A DNA stretch of 22,908 nucleotides from an uncultured Deinococcales bacterium (GTDB taxonomy: Bacteria; Deinococcota; Deinococci; Deinococcales; JAAFIG01). The position numbers were made by a program, and so were the translations under genes. The first letter of the stretch is position 1. Each line of letters opens with the position of its first letter. Below are positions 17,040 through 22,908 of this stretch, piece after piece. A model generated the notes under the pieces. That model was not told the origin of the DNA. It did not search any database and saw nothing but the letters and a program-made list of their open reading frames with translations. The DNA is taken from contig CAXTKV010000067.1 in NCBI GenBank assembly GCA_964244895.1, positions 1 through 22,908 on the forward strand, read 5' to 3'.

Positions 17040-18008
17040 ATGGAATACGACGTGCTGATCATCGGCGGCGGCCCAGCAGGACTGACCGCAGGCATTTACG
17101 CGGGGCGCGGCAACCTGAAAACCGTGATTCTGGAAAAAGGCCAACCCGGCGGGCAGATCGCGCAGACCGAAGAAGTCGAGAACTACCCCGGCTTCCCGGA
17201 CGTGATTCCCGGCCACGAACTCTCCGAGCGCATGGTCAAACAGGCCCAGAAATTCGGCGCGCAACTCATCAGTGACGAAGTTCTGGGTCTCGAGCAGATC
17301 GAGGGCGGCTTCCGCGTCAAGGGCTACGACCAGTCCTACACCACCAAAGTCATCATCATCGCCACCGGCGCGAACCCGAAGCGCCTGAACGTTCCCGGCG
17401 AGGACAAGTTCTACGGTCGCGGCGTCAGCACCTGCGCCACCTGCGATGGCTTCTTTTATCGCGGCAAGAACGTGATCGTCGTCGGTGGCGGAGACGCCGC
17501 CGTCGAAGAGGGTACCTTCCTGACGAAATTCGCGCAGAGCGTCACCATCGTTCACCGCCGGACTGAACTGCGCGCCAACAAGGTCGCGCAGGAACGCGCC
17601 TTCAAGAACCCGAAGATGCGCTTCGTCTGGAACACCATCGTCGAGGAAGTCCTGGGCGAAGAAACCGTCACGGGACTGAAAGTCAAGAACCTCGAGACTG
17701 GTGAGGCGTCCGTCATGCCGACCGACGGGTTGTTCATCTACGTCGGTCACGAACCCAACACCGGATTCCTGTCCGGCGTGCTGGAGCTTTCCGCCCACGG
17801 CTACGTGGCCGTGCGCGACGAGATTTACACCAGCGTCCCCGGCATTTTCTCCGCCGGAGACGTCAGCGACGAAATCTACCGCCAGTTGTCCACCAGCGTC
17901 GGGGCGGGCACCAAAGCCGCCATGCGCGCCGAGAAGTACATCGCCGATCTGGAGGATCAGCCCGCACCGATCCTTCAAGCGCCGAGCGTCGCGGTTTCCG
18001 CCGATTGA
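17040..18008 (+). CDS. trxB: Thioredoxin-disulfide reductase (322 aa)
   Basis: Start ATG 17040 with [35 protein letters not shown] redox motif, [19 protein letters not shown]. Confidence 0.97.
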   Translation: MEYDVLIIGGGPAGLTAGIYAGRGNLKTVILEKGQPGGQIAQTEEVENYPGFPDVIPGHELSERMVKQAQKFGAQLISDEVLGLEQIEGGFRVKGYDQSYTTKVIIIATGANPKRLNVPGEDKFYGRGVSTCATCDGFFYRGKNVIVVGGGDAAVEEGTFLTKFAQSVTIVHRRTELRANKVAQERAFKNPKMRFVWNTIVEEVLGEETVTGLKVKNLETGEASVMPTDGLFIYVGHEPNTGFLSGVLELSAHGYVAVRDEIYTSVPGIFSAGDVSDEIYRQLSTSVGAGTKAAMRAEKYIADLEDQPAPILQAPSVAVSAD

Positions 18009-18025
18009 ACCCGCCAGTACAGACG

Positions 18026-18055
18026 AGGGAGAGGCCGAAGCCTCTCCCTTTTTTT
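18026..18055 (+). terminator. Intrinsic terminator of trxB
   Basis: AGGGAGAGGC-CGAA-GCCTCTCCCT 10-bp stem followed by a T run. Confidence 0.9.
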
Positions 18056-18093
18056 GCTCGAGAAACCGTTTGGGCTCGAGCAAATTTTTATCG

Positions 18094-18323
18094 TCACGAG
18101 AACATCGTTGGGAACGTGTTTGGTAGATACGTCTCGAGGGAAGGGGAGGGACAAGCCCTACCCCTACAACACCCTGTCCTGTAGGGGCAACCTTTATGGT
18201 TGCCCTCGCGTCAACACGCTCTCGAGACTGACGCTCGCACGACGTCTCATCATGAGAACATCGGTGCGAACGTGTTCAATACATACGTCTCGAGGGAAGG
18301 GCGGGTCACAGACCCGCCCTTAC
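18094..18323. repeat. Composite REP-like cluster (family B): two 52-bp direct repeats each followed by a GTAG/GTAA hairpin, plus an inverted partner hairpin
   Basis: 18094-18145 vs 18250-18301 match at 45/52. Hairpins at 18142-18167 (minus, GTAGGGGTAGGGCTTGTCCCTCCCCT), 18181-18206 (plus, GTAGGGGCAACCTTTATGGTTGCCCT) and 18298-18323 (minus, GTAAGGGCGGGTCTGTGACCCGCCCT). Confidence 0.75.
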
Positions 18324-18368
18324 GAAACCTTGGGTTCGACCCGCCCGTGATGCGGGAGCCCGCGTCAG

Positions 18369-18427
18369 GAACACCGTCCCAGACGCAGATATATACTTCG
18401 AGAAAACGCTGTCCTGGACGGTGTTCT
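18369..18427. repeat. Family A repeat copy
   Basis: GAACACCGTCCCAGACGC..GCTGTCCTGGACGGTGTTCTC. Confidence 0.8.
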
Positions 18428-18432
18428 CGGGG

Positions 18433-19206
18433 CTAGCGCTTTTTAGCGCGCAGACCCTCCCAGCTCGCGTCCGCGAACCAGCCGCCGTCCACGGAAAGCG
18501 CGTGACCGTTCACGAACGCGCTCTTCGATCCGTCCGCCAGGAACGCCACGGCCTGCGCGATGTCGTCCGGCGAGGCGAATCGGCTCATCGGCACGCGACC
18601 TTCGATGTCGGCGTCGGTGTACGCGCCGCTGCCCATGTCCTGAACGTCCATTTCCGTCTTGACCCAGCCGGGACAGACGGCGTTGACGCGCACGCCGCGC
18701 CCACCCCATTCGGCGGCCAGCGTGCGCGTCAGACCGATCAGACCGTGCTTGCTGGCGTTGTACGCCGCCCGATCCGCCACAGCCAGCAGACCCGCGATGC
18801 TGGAAATGTTGATGATGCTTCCGGATTGCTGCTCGAGCATGACGCGCCCGAAGGACTGGCACATCAAGAACGGCCCGGTCAGGTTGACTTCCAGCACGCG
18901 CCGCCAGTCGGCGGGTTTGATGTCCTCGGCGGGCGCGATGAAGCTGATGCCCGCGTTGTTGACCAGCGCATCCACCCGCCCGAAGCGCTCCAGCGCGGCG
19001 TTTTTCATGCGTTCCACGTCGTTTTCGTTGGACACGTCCCCGAGCACGGAAATCGCGTCCGCACCGAGCGCCCGGACTTCCTGAAGGCTTTCTGACGGTT
19101 CCCGCAGGTCGTTCAAGGCCAGCGAGAAGCCGTTCTGAGCCAGCACGACGGCGGTGCGCCGCCCGATGCCCTGCGCGGCTCCGGTGATGACAGCGATCGG
19201 TTTCAT
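18433..19206 (-). CDS. Short-chain dehydrogenase/reductase (FabG-like SDR, 257 aa)
   Basis: VITGAAQGIG, LVNNAG, NISS, YNASK, VNAVCPGWVKT, VDGG. TAAAGT lies 6 nt before the ATG. Confidence 0.93.
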   Translation of the reverse strand: MKPIAVITGAAQGIGRRTAVVLAQNGFSLALNDLREPSESLQEVRALGADAISVLGDVSNENDVERMKNAALERFGRVDALVNNAGISFIAPAEDIKPADWRRVLEVNLTGPFLMCQSFGRVMLEQQSGSIINISSIAGLLAVADRAAYNASKHGLIGLTRTLAAEWGGRGVRVNAVCPGWVKTEMDVQDMGSGAYTDADIEGRVPMSRFASPDDIAQAVAFLADGSKSAFVNGHALSVDGGWFADASWEGLRAKKR

Positions 19207-19224
19207 GCCAGAACTTTACCTTGA

Positions 19225-19516
19225 AACGACCGTTCCAGACGGTGTTCCTGGGGCACTCCAGAAACTGAATCTCGAGCCGCACTTGCCTGTCATTCTGAGG
19301 AGGCACGAGGAATCTTTTGCTGCTTCCTGGGTACGAAACGCTGTGCCAGATGGCGTTCTCGACTTCCGTGGCAGCGAAAGACCATGCACTGCGTTCAGGG
19401 CGAGGGCGAATGTGCTCGAGAACGAATCGCCTGAACGTCGCTGCTCGAGGCTTCCGCAAGAAGAACACCCTCCCGCACACGTCCCCGAAATTGCGTCCTG
19501 AACGGTATTCCTCGAG
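19225..19516. repeat. Several degenerate family A repeat copies between the SDR and mutL
   Basis: GACCGTTCCAGACGGTGTTC (about 19228-19247), AACGCTGTGCCAGATGGCGTTC (about 19337-19358), GAACACCCTCCCGCAC..GCGTCCTGAACGGTATTC (about 19462-19510). Confidence 0.6.
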
Positions 19517-19552
19517 TTCGTGATCTTTGGGATGGCGTGCGATACTGGGCGC

Positions 19553-21217
19553 GTGCCGATCAGGGTTCTACCGGAGAGACTGGTGCGCGAGATCGCGGCG
19601 GGCGAGGTCATCACCCGCCCAGCCGATGCGGTCAAGGAGTTGCTGGAAAACGCCCTGGACGCGGGTGCGACCCGCCTGGAAATCGAGATCGCGCGCGGTG
19701 GGGTCGGGCTGATTCGGGTCGCGGACGATGGCGCGGGCATTTCGCTGGCGGATTTGCCGTTGGCGGCGCAGCGGTTTGCGACCTCGAAGCTCGATCCGGA
19801 CGCGGGCCTGGCGCGCGTGTCAAGCCTGGGTTTTCGCGGCGAGGCGCTCTGGAGCATCGCCTTCGCGGCGCACCTGCGCGTCACGTCCAGGCCGCCGGAT
19901 CAGCTCGGCGGGATGCGGTTGAGCGTCCAGCAGAGCGCCGGGCACCTGAGCGAACCAACCCTCGAGACGGTCGCGTCCCCGGCGGGAACCAGCGTGGAAG
20001 TGCGCGAGCTGTTCGCGGATTTCCCGGCCCGCCGCGCATCCCTGGAGAGCCCGGCGCTCGAGGCGCGGCGCGTGATGGCGCTCGTCTCGCGCTACGTGCT
20101 GCACCATCCCGGCGTCGGGTGGCGGCTGGTGGTGGACGGTGAACTCAAGCTCGCGCACACGCCCGGTGGTTTCCGCGCGGCCATGGCCAGCGTTCACGGC
20201 CCGATCACCGCCAACCGCCTGCTCGAGATCGCGCTCCAGGACGGTGCTTATGCCATTGAGGGCGTCACGTCCAGGCCGGAACTGGCGCGCCCGCGCCGGG
20301 ATCGGATCGCGGTGGCGGTCAACGGGCGGCCCGTGGAACCGGAGGATGCCGTGGTGAACGCGCTCCTGAGGGCTTATTCCGGTTTGCTGCCCAAAGGTCA
20401 CGCGCCCGTGGCCACGCTCAATTTGCGCGTGCCGCCCGAATTCGTCAATCAGAACACGCACCCCGGCAAGCTGCGGGTCGCGTTCCTCGAGCCCTCGAGG
20501 GTGGAATCGCTGGTGCTGGAAGGCGTCTCGAGCGCGTTGCGCGAGCATCCATTGGTGCGCCCCGCGCCGGAGCCGCGCGTCGTGACCGGCCCGGTGCGCG
20601 CGACCGGTTCCAGCTTCCCGGCGCTTCGGTACATCGGCGCGTACCGGGACGCGTACCTGCTCTGTGAAGGCGACGGCGATCTGTGGTTGATCGACCAGCA
20701 CGCCGCGCACGAGCGCGTGATTTTTGATGAACTCGAGCGCGCCTTCGACGCGCAGCACGCCTTGGAGCTGCCCGAACCGGAACTCGTGACGCTCTCAGGG
20801 GCAGAAATAGCCAACCTCGAAGCCCGCGCCCCGGAGCTCGAGGCGTGGGGATTGCGCCTCGAGCCTTTCGGTCAGAACCTCTACCGCGTGCGATCCCTGC
20901 CCGCCGTGGTGATCGGCCTGCCCGTCCAGAACATCGTCTACGACGTGGTATCTCACGCCCTCGGGCAGAGCGATGCGAAAACCAGCGTGCTGGCGCGCCT
21001 CGCGTGCCACCCGGCGGTCAAGGCCGGACATCGCCTGTCCCGCGCCGACGCCGAGGAGCTGATTGAAGCCCTGCGCGCCTGCGCCGTGCCGTGGTCGTGC
21101 CCGCACGGCAGGCCGACCGCGCTGCGCTGGACGGAACGCGATCTGGCGCACCAGTTCGGACGCCGCAGCGCCCGCGATATTCCCCGCGAGGGTGACGAGA
21201 TTCGCTCCGAGCGGTGA
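19553..21217 (+). CDS. mutL: DNA mismatch repair endonuclease MutL (554 aa)
   Basis: Start reassigned to GTG 19553 (VPIRVLP; TG-c-GATACT 6 nt upstream). IAAGEVI, VKELLENALDAGA, GFRGEAL, endonuclease motif DQHAAHERVIFDE, CPHGRP. Confidence 0.96.
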   Translation: MPIRVLPERLVREIAAGEVITRPADAVKELLENALDAGATRLEIEIARGGVGLIRVADDGAGISLADLPLAAQRFATSKLDPDAGLARVSSLGFRGEALWSIAFAAHLRVTSRPPDQLGGMRLSVQQSAGHLSEPTLETVASPAGTSVEVRELFADFPARRASLESPALEARRVMALVSRYVLHHPGVGWRLVVDGELKLAHTPGGFRAAMASVHGPITANRLLEIALQDGAYAIEGVTSRPELARPRRDRIAVAVNGRPVEPEDAVVNALLRAYSGLLPKGHAPVATLNLRVPPEFVNQNTHPGKLRVAFLEPSRVESLVLEGVSSALREHPLVRPAPEPRVVTGPVRATGSSFPALRYIGAYRDAYLLCEGDGDLWLIDQHAAHERVIFDELERAFDAQHALELPEPELVTLSGAEIANLEARAPELEAWGLRLEPFGQNLYRVRSLPAVVIGLPVQNIVYDVVSHALGQSDAKTSVLARLACHPAVKAGHRLSRADAEELIEALRACAVPWSCPHGRPTALRWTERDLAHQFGRRSARDIPREGDEIRSER

Positions 21218-21302
21218 GTGGTGGGCAGGGGTCAGCAGTCGGGGGTAAAAGCGGGTGCTCGTTCCGGATGATCTCGGGCGGGAATGCGTTTTGCACCGTT
21301 CA

Positions 21303-21327
21303 GTAAGGGCGAATCTCGTATTCGCCC
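21303..21327 (+). repeat. Family B REP-like hairpin
   Basis: GTAA-GGGCGAAT-CTCGT-ATTCGCCC. Confidence 0.65.
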
Positions 21328-21372
21328 GAGTGGGATTCGGATTTCAACGCCATCTGAAGAACCCGTAAGCTC

Positions 21373-21423
21373 GAGAACACCGCCCGGTACGCAAAGAAAG
21401 AACACCGTTCAGGACGGTGTTCT
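21373..21423. repeat. Family A repeat copy between convergent genes
   Basis: GAGAACACCGCCCGGTACGC..AGAACACCGTTCAGGACGGTGTTCT. Confidence 0.8.
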
Positions 21424-21441
21424 TTATTCATAATTCGAGTT

Positions 21442-21792
21442 TTAGCCCTGCTGCACGGGGTTGCCCGCCGGAATCGTGCCGTGCGGCGTGAGCTTGTCCA
21501 CGGCGGTCGGCAGGTGCTGCGCGAGCTGGCTGGCCATCTCCTGCGGTGTCACGCCAGCCTCGGTCGCCATCTTCTGCACGGTGTCCGCACCGAGCGCCTG
21601 ATGAACCTGATCGGCTGTGACGGGCTGGTTCTGACCGGTGCCGATCCAACTGTTGACGACGCCGCCCAGTCCCTGCTTCTGAAATTGATCCACGATGCCC
21701 TGAACGCCGCCGTGCTGGTTGATCAGATCGCCGACCGCTTTGATCGCGACCGCGCCGACCGCACCGCCGAGAAGTCCATCGAGTAAGCCCAT
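21442..21792 (-). CDS. YidB-like (DUF937) protein (116 aa)
   Basis: Start ATG 21792 with AGGAGG RBS. MGLLDGLLGG..GGVQGIVDQFQKQGLGGVVNSWIGTGQNQPVTADQVHQALG..LPTAVDKLTPHG. Confidence 0.85.
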   Translation of the reverse strand: MGLLDGLLGGAVGAVAIKAVGDLINQHGGVQGIVDQFQKQGLGGVVNSWIGTGQNQPVTADQVHQALGADTVQKMATEAGVTPQEMASQLAQHLPTAVDKLTPHGTIPAGNPVQQG

Positions 21793-21943
21793 AGTGTTCC
21801 TCCTTGAATTCACTGTCGTCGAGTCAGTTTTCTGCTCGGGCCAGTTATCCGCTTCCAAGATGGAGGGCATGTGAATTCTGAACTCGAGCACCGAAAATGT
21901 TCAGTTCGATCTGCGCTCGAGGCGACCGGGTTAACATTCATCC

Positions 21944-22822
21944 ATGAAACTTCAAGGCATCATTCCGCCCGTGGTCACGCCCTTCACGGCTTCCGGGGAA
22001 CTGGACGCGGACGGGCTTCAGCAGGTCATTGCGGCGCTGGAACCCGACGTGGACGGCCTGCTGATCCTGGGCAGCAACGGCGAGGTGGCGTACCTGAGCG
22101 ACCTCGAGCGCAAACGCGCCCTGATGGCCGCCAGGGAAGCCATTCCCAGAACCAAACCGATGATCGCGGGCGTGGTCGCGGAGGCCACGGCGCACGCCGT
22201 GCAGCAGGCCCGAGACGCCGCCGATATCGGCGCGGACGCGGTGCTGGTGTTGGCGCCCCATTACTACAAGGCGTCGATGACCGGCGACGTGCTCGAGGCG
22301 CACTTTCGGGCCATCGCGCAGGCTTCACCCGTGCCCGTGTACGTCTACAACATCCCGCAGGTTTCCGGCATCGCGCACGCGCCCGCTTGGATGGCCAGGG
22401 TCGCGGGCATCCCGAACATCGCGGGGTTCAAGGACTCGAGCGGCGACACGCTCAACCTGACCGAGATGCTGCGCCAGGCGCCCAGCATGAACGGTCTGAC
22501 CGGCAACGCGCCGACCCTCCTGCCCGCGCTCTCCGTCGGCGCGGCGGGCGGGATTCTGGCCGCCGCCAACGCCATCCCGCGCCACTTCGGGGCGTTGTGG
22601 CGCGCCTGGAACGCGGGCGATGTCACCCGCGCGCTCGAGTTGCAGCGCGCCACCAACCCGATGTCCTTCGCGGTCACGTCCGGCTACGGCGTTCCCGGCC
22701 TGAAGGCCGTCATGCGCTTGCAGGGCAAGGCCGCCGGGTTCCCGCGCGCTCCGTTGATGGATGTCGATGCTGAAGCCCAGAAGAAGCTCCAGGCGATCCT
22801 CGAAGCCCTGCCGAGCGTCTGA
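21944..22822 (+). CDS. DapA/NAL-family class I aldolase, HOGA-like (292 aa)
   Basis: PPVVTPF, LGSNGE, YVYNIP (Tyr), GFKDSSGD (Schiff-base Lys), RAPL. TAACAT lies 6 nt before the ATG. Confidence 0.88.
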   Translation: MKLQGIIPPVVTPFTASGELDADGLQQVIAALEPDVDGLLILGSNGEVAYLSDLERKRALMAAREAIPRTKPMIAGVVAEATAHAVQQARDAADIGADAVLVLAPHYYKASMTGDVLEAHFRAIAQASPVPVYVYNIPQVSGIAHAPAWMARVAGIPNIAGFKDSSGDTLNLTEMLRQAPSMNGLTGNAPTLLPALSVGAAGGILAAANAIPRHFGALWRAWNAGDVTRALELQRATNPMSFAVTSGYGVPGLKAVMRLQGKAAGFPRAPLMDVDAEAQKKLQAILEALPSV

Positions 22823-22878
22823 CCCGACCCGCTCTCGTCCTCCTTCACCAGATCTCCGGCGAACGCGATCGAACACGG

Positions 22879-22908
22879 CTCGAGGGAAGGGTAACCACGA
22901 GGGTTACC
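22879..22908. repeat. Family B composite repeat, truncated by window end
   Basis: CTCGAGGGAAGGG (same as at 18133 and 18289) running into hairpin GGTAACC-ACGAG-GGTTACC. Confidence 0.6.

Noticed and set aside
16289..17048. Near-identical start context GGAGGAACGCATG(G)AATAC at the redoxin and trxB genes
   Set aside because: Short, mostly SD plus start codon, and similarity does not extend further. Likely coincidence.
16497..18083. Long antisense or alternate-frame ORFs (e.g. 16497-18083, 6335-7660, 10162-11445, 2976-4145, 7261-8421, 18443-19480)
   Set aside because: They overlap well-supported genes, lack recognisable motifs, and are expected in high-GC DNA with few stop codons.
21218..21372. 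Possible tRNA or ncRNA in the GC-rich spacer after mutL
   Set aside because: No cloverleaf, T-loop or CCA end found. The only clear structure is the family B hairpin.
211..21423. Family A repeats or the 15478-15686 array as a CRISPR array
   Set aside because: Copies are dispersed or degenerate, with no run of identical repeats separated by uniform unique spacers and no cas genes.

Overview
GC-rich bacterial window, most likely Deinococcota (inference from pervasive leaderless -10 boxes 6-7 nt before start codons, a TPR-wHTH-BTAD regulator and general gene style). It holds 20 supportable CDSs: the pstB 3' end, phoU, two SDRs, a DHODH-like/membrane fusion, a ricin-domain lipoprotein, rarA, an NAD-dependent epimerase, a small membrane-anchored protein, a TPR-SARP regulator, a 40-aa secreted peptide missing from the ORF track, an orphan NarL/LuxR response regulator, an NAD(P)H-binding protein, truD, an alpha/beta hydrolase, a MarR regulator, an AhpC/TSA redoxin, trxB, mutL, a YidB-like protein and a DapA-family aldolase (21 counting the partial pstB). 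The best candidate for an undescribed system is the 40-aa signal-peptide gene (11568-11690; own promoter, RBS and terminator) divergent from the TPR-SARP regulator. This resembles an RRNPP-like peptide/receptor pair built on a SARP output domain. Non-coding structure is rich. A palindromic repeat family (AACACCGTCCNG(C/G)ACG...CGT(G/C)CNGGACGGTGTT) occupies most intergenic spacers, and there is a second GTAG/GTAA REP-like hairpin family, a degenerate minisatellite, and about 100 CTCGAG sites (manual count). No tRNA, rRNA, CRISPR array or transposase was seen. All calls come from reading the sequence; no database searches were run.
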